From sequence record PQ572755.1: a DNA stretch of 64,000 nt; one strand, written 5' to 3'. Numbering within the stretch: the first letter of the stretch is position 1; every line of letters starts with the position of its first letter. The translations under genes were made by a program, and so were the position numbers. This document shows, piece after piece, positions 1 to 9,687 of this stretch. Under the pieces are notes generated by a model. The model was not told the origin of the DNA, made no database searches, and worked only from the letters and a program-made list of their open reading frames with translations. This DNA comes from Escherichia phage CAU_ECP01.

Positions 1-4
1 CAAA

Positions 5-367
5 ATGAAAATTGGAAAAACTTATATCATCAATCCAGAATGTAAAGCTATCTTCGCCAATGAATGCCCACAAAACGCCGATATGCTGGCTTTGATTGAG
101 CTTCATGGTCCTAGTTTTGTTGTAAAAGACATGAACACGGATTATGATGATGATAAATGTGTAACCCGTGTAACTATGCGAGACGGTACTGAATTCGGTT
201 TTGATGGTAAGCCAGGTTCATATTTTGAGCTTTATGATGATGAGTTTAAACACTTCATCGAGGTATCTCCAGAGTCTATTTCTAAACAATCACTCATCTT
301 TGAAGTGACTACGGAAAATGCTCGAGATGTGATTGCAGAAATTAAAGAAATTTTTGGAATAAAATAG
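5..367 (+). CDS. hypothetical protein (frd-upstream small gene); may extend upstream of the window
   Basis: 120-aa ORF starting 4 nt from the window edge; its stop codon is embedded in the downstream early promoter. Confidence 0.45.
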   Translation: MKIGKTYIINPECKAIFANECPQNADMLALIELHGPSFVVKDMNTDYDDDKCVTRVTMRDGTEFGFDGKPGSYFELYDDEFKHFIEVSPESISKQSLIFEVTTENARDVIAEIKEIFGIK

Positions 368-396
368 TATACAACAGGGTAATGGTGTGATACTAT
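367..396 (+). promoter_or_regulatory. T4-type early promoter (variant -35 GTATAC, -10 TACTAT)
   Basis: GTATAC 367-372, 18-bp spacer, TACTAT 391-396; perfect 10-bp inverted repeat ACAGGGTAAT/ATTACCCTGT (373-382/395-404) flanks the -10. Confidence 0.5.
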
Positions 397-432
397 TACC
401 CTGTCAAAACAAATGAAGCAACGGAGAATAAA

Positions 433-681
433 ATGAAATTACAACGCCAAAGCATTAACGACTTTGAAGTTAAAGGCAAATGGTACTTCAACATCCTTGA
501 TAAAGATGCTGAACTCCTTGAACAAGCTGAAACATCTTTACGTGAAATGGGTTGGAATGAAGAATGTGATGGATGTCCACTCTACGAAGATGGTGAAAGC
601 GCAGGATTCTGGATTCACCATTCTGATGTTGAATCGTTTAAAGCCGATTGGAAAGTTGTTAAGAAAAATCTGAGGAAATAA
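433..681 (+). CDS. hypothetical early protein
   Basis: 82-aa ORF downstream of the early promoter with AGGAGA-like SD; an overlapping alternative-frame ORF was discarded. Confidence 0.45.
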   Translation: MKLQRQSINDFEVKGKWYFNILDKDAELLEQAETSLREMGWNEECDGCPLYEDGESAGFWIHHSDVESFKADWKVVKKNLRK

Positions 682-683
682 TT

Positions 684-875
684 ATGATTAACTGTCTATT
701 TTTCCGTTATCTTAGAACTTTCCTTTCAGAAATAGAAAAGAAACAATATCATGAACTTGCGTTTGGGTGTTCAGCTGTACGATTAAATGAATGCCCAAGA
801 AAACAAATTTTTGTTATTGATTCAAGAATGTTTGAATTCCAATACTATATGGTCAAAAAATATCTGAGGAAATAA
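684..875 (+). CDS. hypothetical protein
   Basis: 63-aa ORF tightly packed between neighbours. Confidence 0.35.
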   Translation: MINCLFFRYLRTFLSEIEKKQYHELAFGCSAVRLNECPRKQIFVIDSRMFEFQYYMVKKYLRK

Positions 876-877
876 AA

Positions 878-1123
878 ATGATTATTGTTGTTGAATACTC
901 CAAGGGTGATGACGGATATGAAGTTTATACTTCGGTCAATTTAGACCACCCGGATTTAGCCAAATATATTGCTGATGCATTCGATTTGTCTGACGAATAC
1001 ACCATGCCAGCACGTGTTTGCGTTACAACATTTGACCCTGCCGATGGTTGCCAAATCCAGTGTGATTTAGTTTCATCAAAATCACAAATCCAAAAAGTTA
1101 TTAAAGGGCTTAAAGATGCTTAA
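878..1123 (+). CDS. hypothetical protein
   Basis: 81-aa ORF; overlaps frd start by 8 nt. Confidence 0.45.
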   Translation: MIIVVEYSKGDDGYEVYTSVNLDHPDLAKYIADAFDLSDEYTMPARVCVTTFDPADGCQIQCDLVSSKSQIQKVIKGLKDA

Positions 1124-1703
1124 ATTAGTATTTGCATGTGCCCCGTCTAAAACAGTTGATGATAAACTGGAATATGCTTTTGGATTAGGTGATGGACTTC
1201 CATGGAAGCATATCAAACAAGATATGAGTAACTTTGTTGCTCGCACTAAAAACACTGTAATGATTATGGGTGCTAAGACATTTGCATCATTACCTCGTCT
1301 ACTCCCAGATCGTACTCATGTGGTTGTCACTGATATGTCTAGAAAACTGCCTAGGACTAAAAGCGACGAACTTGCACGGTTCTATATCACCCAAGCAGAA
1401 TTTATTACCCTGGTGACTGGTAGTGAAATTAACTTGTTCGGCCCTTCAACAGACGTACCATTTAAACTTTCTACTGAACATGTTGATGTATCTGTTATCG
1501 GTGGCCCGGCTCTATTAAAACAAGCACTGCCTTATGCTGATGAAATTGTGATGACTAAAATCATTAAGAAATGTCGTGTTAATTCAGACGTTCAACTTGA
1601 TAAAGATTTCATCCAAGATATTATGCTTCAACGTTCTATGGTAGAATCTCATTACTACAGAATCGATGAACTCACCGAAATTACTGAGAGCGTATATAAA
1701 TGA
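1116..1703 (+). CDS. frd: dihydrofolate reductase
   Basis: 195 aa; N-terminal MLKLVFACAPSKTVD...AFGLGDGLPW...IMGAKTF matches T4 Frd from memory. Confidence 0.9.
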   Translation: MLKLVFACAPSKTVDDKLEYAFGLGDGLPWKHIKQDMSNFVARTKNTVMIMGAKTFASLPRLLPDRTHVVVTDMSRKLPRTKSDELARFYITQAEFITLVTGSEINLFGPSTDVPFKLSTEHVDVSVIGGPALLKQALPYADEIVMTKIIKKCRVNSDVQLDKDFIQDIMLQRSMVESHYYRIDELTEITESVYK

Positions 1704-2560
1704 AACAATACCAATACCTGATTAATGATATCCTAGAAAATGGCTACGAAACAGACGACCGTACAGGCACAGGAACAATTGCCCTGTTCGGAACTAAATT
1801 ACGTTGGGACCTGACTAAAGGATTCCCTGCAGTAACAACTAAGAAATTAGCATGGAAAGCTTGTATTGCCGAGTTACTGTGGTTCATGTCTGGTTCTACC
1901 AATGTTAATGATTTACGTATTCGTACTCACGGTAGTCTTATTCAAGGTAAAACTATTTGGGACGACAACTATGAAAATCAGGCAAAAGACCTTGGATATC
2001 ATAGCGGCGAACTTGGTCCTATTTATGGTAAGCAATGGCGTGATTTTGGCGGTGTAGACCAATTGGTCAAAACTATCGACCGCATTAAAGCTCTTCCTAA
2101 TGATCGTCGTCAAATAGTTTCTGCATGGAATCCGGTCGAAATAAATCAAATGGCTCTTCCTCCTTGCCATATGTTCTATCAGTTCAATGTGCGTAATGGT
2201 CATCTTGATTTACAATGGTACCAGAGAAGTGTTGATGTTTTCTTGGGTTTGCCATTCAACATTGCCTCGTACGCTGCCTTGACTCATATTGTAGCTAAGA
2301 TGTGTAATCTTATCCCGGGTGATTTAGTGTTCTCAGGCGGCAACACGCATATCTACAGCAATCATGTAGAACAATGCAAAGAAGTTCTTCGTCGTGAGCC
2401 TAAAGAACTGTGTGAACTTAAAATTGATTGGCCTGAAGGATTCTCTGATTGGAGCACGACATTACAGCTTCATTGGGTAACAGAGCATATGAATCCGAGT
2501 GATTTCATTCTTAAAAATTACGAATCACATCCAGCTATCAAAGCTAAAATGGCGGTATAA
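1700..2560 (+). CDS. td: thymidylate synthase, uninterrupted (no intron)
   Basis: 286 aa, same length as spliced T4 Td; start overlaps frd stop (ATGA); contains catalytic-Cys motif PPCH. Confidence 0.95.
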   Translation: MKQYQYLINDILENGYETDDRTGTGTIALFGTKLRWDLTKGFPAVTTKKLAWKACIAELLWFMSGSTNVNDLRIRTHGSLIQGKTIWDDNYENQAKDLGYHSGELGPIYGKQWRDFGGVDQLVKTIDRIKALPNDRRQIVSAWNPVEINQMALPPCHMFYQFNVRNGHLDLQWYQRSVDVFLGLPFNIASYAALTHIVAKMCNLIPGDLVFSGGNTHIYSNHVEQCKEVLRREPKELCELKIDWPEGFSDWSTTLQLHWVTEHMNPSDFILKNYESHPAIKAKMAV

Positions 2561-2561
2561 A

Positions 2562-2816
2562 ATGATTTTACGTTTTATTAATTCATATGGCACCACAATT
2601 TTTGAAATGAAAAATCCAAGTGAACTGGATATCCCTTCACCGAATAGTGAAATCACAGTTAAAGGTGAACGATTCATTTGCCATTCACATGAACGAATTT
2701 ATGAATATCGTGAATTCTGTGGTGGATTCGGTGTGGAAAAAGAGCCTCTGGTTTATTTCGATATCACGGTCTTGACTCCTAAAGAATATGAAGAAATTAT
2801 TGCTGAGGATAATTAA
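2562..2816 (+). CDS. hypothetical protein (td-nrdA intergenic gene)
   Basis: 84-aa ORF from ATG at 2562 directly after td stop; the track ORF 2499..2816 extends upstream into td. Confidence 0.45.
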   Translation: MILRFINSYGTTIFEMKNPSELDIPSPNSEITVKGERFICHSHERIYEYREFCGGFGVEKEPLVYFDITVLTPKEYEEIIAEDN

Positions 2817-2840
2817 CGCTTCAGTTTAAAAGTGTATAAT
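2817..2840 (+). promoter_or_regulatory. putative middle promoter for nrdA
   Basis: MotA-box-like CGCTTCA 2817-2823 then TATAAT 2835-2840. Confidence 0.35.
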
Positions 2841-2845
2841 AAATT

Positions 2846-2868
2846 AACGGGATAAATACTATCCCGTT
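2846..2868 (+). other. stem-loop in nrdA leader
   Basis: AACGGGATA / TATCCCGTT 9-bp stem with 5-nt loop. Confidence 0.5.
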
Positions 2869-2903
2869 TGGAGTAATGTCTATCAACCTATACTGAGGAA
2901 TAT

Positions 2904-5159
2904 ATGCAAGTAACTAAGAGCAGTGGGGTATCCCAAAATTTTGATGCACAGAAAATTATTCAAGTATTAACTTGGCAATGTGAAGGAACACAAATTGACC
3001 CATATGAATTGTACGAAGAAATTAAGACCCATCTTGTCGACGGGATGAGCACCAAAGATATCCAGAAGATTTGTATTAAAGTTGCAGCTAACTCGATTTC
3101 TGTCGAAGAACCTGATTATCAGTATGTCGCCGCCAAAGGGCTAATGTTTGCACTTCGTAAAGATGTATATGGGCAGTTTGAACCGCCTGCTTTTATCGAC
3201 CATATTTCTTATTGTGTTAATGAAGGCAAATACGACCCTGAGCTGTTGTCTCAATATTCAGCAGAAGAAATCATTTATCTCGATTCACAGATTAAACATG
3301 AACGAGACTTTGACCTGACTTATGCTGGTGCTATGCAGCTTAAAGAAAAATATCTAGTTAAAGATAAAACAACTGGGAAGATTTATGAAACTCCACAGTT
3401 TGCTATCATGGCTATTGGCATGGCCTTACATCAAGACGAAACTCATGACCGTTTGAAACATATTATTCGTTTTTATGATGCCGTTTCTACTCATCAAGTT
3501 TCATTGCCAACCCCAATTATGGCAGGTGCTCGTACTCCAACTCGCCAGTTCTCTAGTTGTGTAGTTATTGAAGCCGGTGATTCGTTAAAATCTATTAACA
3601 AAACTTCAGCATCAATTATTGAATATATTTCTAAACGAGCTGGTATCGGTATCAACGTTGGTATGCTTCGTGCAGAAGGTTCTAAGATCGGTATGGGTGA
3701 AGTTCGACATACAGGTGTTATTCCATTCTGGAAACATTTCCAAACTGCAGTAAAATCTTGTTCTCAAGGTGGTATTCGTGGTGGTGCTGCTACAGCGTAT
3801 TATCCGATGTGGCACTTAGAAGTAGAGAACCTATTAGTTCTGAAAAATAACAAAGGCGTGGATGAAAACCGTATTAGACATATGGACTACGGAATTCAGA
3901 TTAATGACCTTATGATGGAACGCCTTGGTAAAAATGATTATATTACTTTATTTAGCCCTCACGAAATGTCAGGCGAACTATACTACTCGTTCTTTGAAGA
4001 TCAAGATAAATTCCGTGAGCTTTATGAGAAAGCTGAAAAAGACCCAACAATCAGAAAGAAAAGAATCAAAGCACTAGAACTCTTTGAATTGTTCATGACT
4101 GAACGCTCTGGTACTGCTCGAATTTATCCACAATTCGTTGATAACACGAACAACTACACTCCATTTATTCGTGAAAAAGCTCCAATTCGACAGAGTAACT
4201 TATGTTGTGAAATCGCTATTCCAACTAATGATGTGAATGGTCCTGATGCTGAAATTGGTTTATGTACGTTATCTGCTTTTGTATTAGATAAATTTGATTG
4301 GCAAGACCAAGATAAAATTAATGAACTGGCCGAAGTACAAGTACGTGCACTTGATAACTTGTTAGACTATCAAGATTATCCGGTTCCAGAAGCTTTAAAA
4401 GCTAAAAAGCGTCGAAATCTCGGTGTTGGTGTGACGAACTATGCCGCATGGTTAGCTTCTAACTTTGCTTCATATGAAGACGCTAACGATTTGACTCATG
4501 AATTGTTTGAGAGATTGCAATATGGCCTTATCAAAGCTTCAATCAAACTCGCCAAAGAAAAAGGACCTTGTGAGTATTATTCAGACACTAAATGGTCTAG
4601 AGGCGAATTACCTATCGACTGGTACAATAAAAAGATTGACCAAATCACAGCCCCGAACTACGTCTGTGACTGGGAAGAACTTCGAGCTGAACTCAAAGAA
4701 CATGGAATTCGTAACAGCACACTTAGTGCTCTCATGCCATGCGAATCAAGCAGTCAAGTCTCAAATAGCACAAACGGTATAGAGCCACCTCGTGGACCTG
4801 TAAGTATTAAAGAATCTAAAGAAGGCAACTTCCGACAGGTTGTTCCTAATATTGAACACAACATGGGTCTTTATGACTATGCGTGGAAACTCGCTAAGAA
4901 AGGTAATAAGCCTTATCTGACACAAGTTGTTATCATGTTAAAATGGGTGTGCCAATCTGCTTCTGCTAATACATACTACGACCCTTCAGTCTTTGAGAAA
5001 GGCAAAGTGCCAATGTCTGTAATGCTTGATGACTTGCTTTACTTCTGGTACTTTGGTGGTAAGAACCTTTACTATCATAACACTCGAGATGGTTCTGGTA
5101 CAGATGACTATGAGTTAGAAACGCCTAAAGCTGAAGATTGCTCCGCTTGTAAGCTTTAA
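2904..5159 (+). CDS. nrdA: aerobic ribonucleotide reductase large subunit
   Basis: 751 aa; class Ia RNR alpha with ATP-cone N-terminus and C-terminal CxxC tail (CSACKL); T4 NrdA-like. Confidence 0.95.
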   Translation: MQVTKSSGVSQNFDAQKIIQVLTWQCEGTQIDPYELYEEIKTHLVDGMSTKDIQKICIKVAANSISVEEPDYQYVAAKGLMFALRKDVYGQFEPPAFIDHISYCVNEGKYDPELLSQYSAEEIIYLDSQIKHERDFDLTYAGAMQLKEKYLVKDKTTGKIYETPQFAIMAIGMALHQDETHDRLKHIIRFYDAVSTHQVSLPTPIMAGARTPTRQFSSCVVIEAGDSLKSINKTSASIIEYISKRAGIGINVGMLRAEGSKIGMGEVRHTGVIPFWKHFQTAVKSCSQGGIRGGAATAYYPMWHLEVENLLVLKNNKGVDENRIRHMDYGIQINDLMMERLGKNDYITLFSPHEMSGELYYSFFEDQDKFRELYEKAEKDPTIRKKRIKALELFELFMTERSGTARIYPQFVDNTNNYTPFIREKAPIRQSNLCCEIAIPTNDVNGPDAEIGLCTLSAFVLDKFDWQDQDKINELAEVQVRALDNLLDYQDYPVPEALKAKKRRNLGVGVTNYAAWLASNFASYEDANDLTHELFERLQYGLIKASIKLAKEKGPCEYYSDTKWSRGELPIDWYNKKIDQITAPNYVCDWEELRAELKEHGIRNSTLSALMPCESSSQVSNSTNGIEPPRGPVSIKESKEGNFRQVVPNIEHNMGLYDYAWKLAKKGNKPYLTQVVIMLKWVCQSASANTYYDPSVFEKGKVPMSVMLDDLLYFWYFGGKNLYYHNTRDGSGTDDYELETPKAEDCSACKL

Positions 5160-5175
5160 GAATTTTGTTTATAAT
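5152..5175 (+). promoter_or_regulatory. putative middle promoter for nrdB
   Basis: AGCTTTA (MotA-box-like) 5152-5158 overlapping nrdA stop; TATAAT 5170-5175. Confidence 0.4.
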
Positions 5176-5193
5176 TGACTCATGGATGAGTCA
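5176..5193 (+). promoter_or_regulatory. perfect palindrome TGACTCAT-GG-ATGAGTCA in nrdB leader (candidate operator)
   Basis: 8-bp arms with 2-bp spacer, immediately 3-prime of the -10 and 17 nt before the nrdB ATG. Confidence 0.4.
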
Positions 5194-5209
5194 CTATTGA
5201 GAGAATATA

Positions 5210-6388
5210 ATGAGTACAGTTTTTAATACCCAAAAAGTTGATGTTTTGAATGAACCAATGTTCTTTGGTTCCGGTCTTGGCCTTGCGCGTTACGATATTC
5301 AACGCCATAAAGTTTTTGAAGAGCTTATTGAAAAGCAATTGTCGTTTTTTTGGCGCCCTGAAGAGGTAAACTTGATGTTGGACTCTGCGCAGTTCAATAA
5401 GCTTCCACAGTTCCAACAGAACATCTTTACGAACAACCTTAAGTATCAATCATTATTGGATTCTATCCAAGGCAGGGCACCATCTGCGGTACTTATGGCA
5501 TTGCTTTCCGACCCTTCATTAGATACATGGGTTGCTACATGGACATTCAGTGAAACCATTCACTCTCGTTCATATACTCATATCATGCGAAATCTTTATA
5601 CTGATCCATCGAAGGTATTTGATGAGATTGTATTAGATGAAGCAATTATGAAACGTGCGGAATCAATCGGCAAATATTATGATGATGTTCTAGTTAAAAC
5701 ACGTGAATGGGAAAATGCTAAAGAAATTTTTAAATGTTTTTCCGAAAATGAATATGATTTGGATGCATATTCAAATAGTCTTATGCATGTGGAAGAATGT
5801 AAACGTGCATTAATGAAATCTCTTTATCTCTGTTTACATGTTATCAACGCCTTAGAAGCTATTCGTTTTTACGTATCATTTGCATGTACTTTCAACTTCC
5901 ATAAGAACATGGAAATCATGGAAGGTAATGCAAAGATTATGAAGTTTATCGCTCGTGACGAACAACTCCACCTTAAAGGCACTCAGTACATTATTCGACA
6001 GCTCCAACTTGGTGTTGATGGGGATGAATGGGTTCAAATTGCTAAAGAGTGTGAGCAAGAAGCAGTAGATATCTTTATGGAAGTAAATAGTCAAGAGAAG
6101 GAATGGGCTGCACACCTCTTTAAAGATGGTACATGTCCAGGTATCAATACGCAGAGTATGTGTGCTTTTGTTGATTACTTGACTGTGTCTCGTATGAAAC
6201 AGTGCGGTTTGCCATGCCCAATCACTGATGCTCCGACCAAGCATCCGTATCCTTGGATTCGTGAATATCTGAACTCAGATTTAGTTCAAGCAGCTCCTCA
6301 GGAAGTTGAAATCAGTTCTTATCTTGTCGCACAAATTGATAATGATGTAGACCAAAATGTAATCAATTCATACAAAAAATATTTCTAA
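5210..6388 (+). CDS. nrdB: ribonucleotide reductase small subunit, uninterrupted (no intron)
   Basis: 392 aa; diiron/tyrosyl-radical R2 family; continuous ORF at T4-like length. Confidence 0.95.
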   Translation: MSTVFNTQKVDVLNEPMFFGSGLGLARYDIQRHKVFEELIEKQLSFFWRPEEVNLMLDSAQFNKLPQFQQNIFTNNLKYQSLLDSIQGRAPSAVLMALLSDPSLDTWVATWTFSETIHSRSYTHIMRNLYTDPSKVFDEIVLDEAIMKRAESIGKYYDDVLVKTREWENAKEIFKCFSENEYDLDAYSNSLMHVEECKRALMKSLYLCLHVINALEAIRFYVSFACTFNFHKNMEIMEGNAKIMKFIARDEQLHLKGTQYIIRQLQLGVDGDEWVQIAKECEQEAVDIFMEVNSQEKEWAAHLFKDGTCPGINTQSMCAFVDYLTVSRMKQCGLPCPITDAPTKHPYPWIREYLNSDLVQAAPQEVEISSYLVAQIDNDVDQNVINSYKKYF

Positions 6389-6392
6389 GGAC

Positions 6393-6406
6393 GGGACTTC
6401 GGTCCC
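6393..6406 (+). other. UUCG-tetraloop stem-loop (GGGAC-UUCG-GUCCC) after nrdB, no U-tract
   Basis: Perfect 5-bp GC stem with UUCG loop 5 nt after nrdB stop. Confidence 0.5.
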
Positions 6407-6414
6407 ACTTTATT

Positions 6415-6825
6415 ATGAAAGATATTGCCGCCGAATATTCCTTTATTAAATATACAGAATTGGAGCTATTAGAAGATGCAACAATTAAAACAGTTGATGT
6501 CCCTAATAAGAAAAATGTCATATACGCTATTGCTATAGATGACGAACTTGTGTATATTGGTAAAACCAAGAATTTAAAGAAACGCATTAACTATTATCGA
6601 ACAGCCATAAATCGAAAAGACCAGACTTCAGATTCAAGAAAATCACTTATGATTTTGGATGCCTTAATGCAAGGCAAAAAGGTTGAATTCTGGGCCCGCC
6701 AATGTTTTGACCTTTCAGTCACCAACGAACTTGGTTCAATGACCATCGCAACAATGGACCTTGAAGAACCGCTTTTTATCAAAAAGTTCAACCCGCCTTG
6801 GAATATCCAACATAAGAAAAAGTAG
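6415..6825 (+). CDS. denA: endonuclease II (GIY-YIG nuclease)
   Basis: 136 aa as in T4 DenA; GIY-YIG-like motif VIYAIAIDDELVYIGKTKNLKKRINYY; position after nrdB as in T4. Confidence 0.8.
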   Translation: MKDIAAEYSFIKYTELELLEDATIKTVDVPNKKNVIYAIAIDDELVYIGKTKNLKKRINYYRTAINRKDQTSDSRKSLMILDALMQGKKVEFWARQCFDLSVTNELGSMTIATMDLEEPLFIKKFNPPWNIQHKKK

Positions 6826-6854
6826 TTTACATACCACAAGGATTGTGGTACAAT
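6825..6854 (+). promoter_or_regulatory. T4-type early promoter
   Basis: GTTTAC 6825-6830 overlapping denA stop TAG; 18-bp spacer; TACAAT 6849-6854; spacer inverted repeat ACCACA/TGTGGT. Confidence 0.6.
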
Positions 6855-6871
6855 TTAAAAAAACTAACTGA

Positions 6872-8005
<1,134 letters not shown>

Positions 8006-8007
8006 TG

Positions 8008-8037
8008 GTTTACAAACACCAAGGAAGGTGTTACTAT
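8008..8037 (+). promoter_or_regulatory. T4-type early promoter
   Basis: GTTTAC 8008-8013, 18-bp spacer, TACTAT 8032-8037; spacer inverted repeat ACACC/GGTGT. Confidence 0.6.
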
Positions 8038-8067
8038 GGCTTTTATCAATAACACGAGGAGAAAATT

Positions 8068-8568
8068 ATGAATATGCAATTGATTACTAACGATATGGTC
8101 GTAACCGCTTTTGGAGACACAACTGACGGAATCCGGGTCTTTAAGAAAGGACGTCCAGTTGGTTATCTTACTGACCTACGTGTTACACTGGCCAAAAATC
8201 TTAAAAAGAAAGTAAAACAAAAAGAGTATTCCACCCGATACGTTGAAGAGAAACGTGAAGCGATGCCGGAAGCAGTTAATGCTATGGTAGAATTTCTTCA
8301 AAACAATTTGACTAAATACGACGCTAACGTGTTCATTAATATTAGTCAACCAAACGTACATATCGCAGGTATAAAATTCTACATTATTTGCGACCCTCTT
8401 ACAGACAAATTCAACCGCCTCGGAATTTCAAGTCCATATCATACAGCAGAAGAGTTGTGTGTATTGTTTGAATCGTACAAAATCCAGTGTGATGGTTTGA
8501 AAACCGTTCTTATCAATGGATTATCCCGAGATGAAATCATTGAGATTATTAAAACATGCTTAAAGTAA
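8068..8568 (+). CDS. alc: Alc-like protein (host transcription shut-off)
   Basis: 166 aa (T4 Alc 167 aa), position between rnlA and pseT as in T4; sequence recalled as Alc-like. Confidence 0.6.
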   Translation: MNMQLITNDMVVTAFGDTTDGIRVFKKGRPVGYLTDLRVTLAKNLKKKVKQKEYSTRYVEEKREAMPEAVNAMVEFLQNNLTKYDANVFINISQPNVHIAGIKFYIICDPLTDKFNRLGISSPYHTAEELCVLFESYKIQCDGLKTVLINGLSRDEIIEIIKTCLK

Positions 8569-8912
8569 ATCCAATTTATGCTATAGTAGCAGCTTTTGCT
8601 CTAGTTTCTACGGTAACAATAGTTGTCTTAAACAACAAAGTTGATTCGTTGAATACTGAATTAGCTTCTGTTAAAAAGACCGCTAAAAACAATGCTAAAG
8701 TATTAGACGACTTCAAAGCTCAATATCGGTCAATCGAAGAAATGACTTACAAGAATCGTGTTTTAGTTGACCAACTTAAGGCCGAAAATGAAAAGCTCCG
8801 TAAGGATTCGAAGAAGAAGAACGTGGTGGCAAGTAAACCAGGATTGGTCGAAAAACAAATCAACAAGTCCTTCGATTCCTTTGCAGAAGACCTCAGGAAG
8901 CTCTCAGAATGA
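8556..8912 (+). CDS. pseT.3: i-spanin (Rz equivalent)
   Basis: 118 aa; N-terminal TM helix then coiled-coil-rich domain; overlaps the lipoprotein gene. Confidence 0.6.
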   Translation: MLKVNPIYAIVAAFALVSTVTIVVLNNKVDSLNTELASVKKTAKNNAKVLDDFKAQYRSIEEMTYKNRVLVDQLKAENEKLRKDSKKKNVVASKPGLVEKQINKSFDSFAEDLRKLSE

Positions 8913-9199
8913 TTAAATTAACCGCAGTTGTATTATCTATTGGTATTTTGGCTGGATGTGCCCAGGATGTGCCCTTAAGCCCTAAAGAAACTTTACATCC
9001 GCCATGGCCTGAATCTATTGTTGAATATAACCAGAAATGGCAAGTAAAGGTTATTGATGGTAATCCATGGGTTGGAATGCCATTTGAAGACTCTCAAGAA
9101 TTTCGTATCTGGTTAAACGACGTAAAAAGATATGTACATGACCAGAAGACTATGATATGTTATTATCGTAGTGGTTTAAAAGAGGAAAAATGCCAATGA
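8909..9199 (+). CDS. pseT.2: o-spanin, outer-membrane lipoprotein (Rz1 equivalent)
   Basis: 96 aa; signal peptide with lipobox LAGC; start overlaps i-spanin stop. Confidence 0.65.
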   Translation: MIKLTAVVLSIGILAGCAQDVPLSPKETLHPPWPESIVEYNQKWQVKVIDGNPWVGMPFEDSQEFRIWLNDVKRYVHDQKTMICYYRSGLKEEKCQ

Positions 9200-9414
9200 C
9201 TAAAGAACAGCATGAATACATTAAAGGGCTTATCTATGAATCTGAAATGGCGGCTATGATTTATGGGCGCCAGATTCAACGATTAGAATCTTTGCCTCCG
9301 ACTAATGACCGCTTGTTAGTTCAGTCTCGTGCTAATCTGAAAAATGAATATCAGAATAAGTGGGCAGTAGCGACTAAAGCTCTTCACGAGTATATTGAAT
9401 CTTTAGTAAAATAG
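9190..9414 (+). CDS. hypothetical protein
   Basis: 74-aa ORF overlapping o-spanin end by 10 nt. Confidence 0.4.
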   Translation: MPMTKEQHEYIKGLIYESEMAAMIYGRQIQRLESLPPTNDRLLVQSRANLKNEYQNKWAVATKALHEYIESLVK

Positions 9415-9443
9415 TTTACAAACTCTCAGGAGCAGAGTATAAT
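9414..9443 (+). promoter_or_regulatory. T4-type early promoter
   Basis: GTTTAC 9414-9419 overlapping upstream stop TAG; TATAAT 9438-9443; GGAGC/GCTCC inverted repeat flanks the -10. Confidence 0.6.
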
Positions 9444-9471
9444 GCTCCTATGGATAATTGAGGAAATCTAA

Positions 9472-9687
9472 ATGAAAACATTACTAGAGAATTACATCAA
9501 ACGGTCTGATGAGTATATTGATATCTGCCGTGGAATGTCACTTGGCAATTATGACAAAGATGCAGCAAAGGCACTAGATGAAGCAGGTAAAGCTCTTCGT
9601 AAAGCTGCTAAAGAAAAAGGGTTGGATTTGCAACAACTCAAAAGTCATATGATTAAATTTATTTCTTCAAACGTTAGAAGTACGTAA
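9472..9687 (+). CDS. hypothetical protein
   Basis: 71-aa ORF with GAGGAAA SD. Confidence 0.4.
   Translation: MKTLLENYIKRSDEYIDICRGMSLGNYDKDAAKALDEAGKALRKAAKEKGLDLQQLKSHMIKFISSNVRST

Noticed and set aside
1700-6388. Group I introns / intron-encoded homing endonucleases in td and nrdB
   Set aside because: Both ORFs are continuous at the expected protein lengths with no inserted ORF; introns appear absent.
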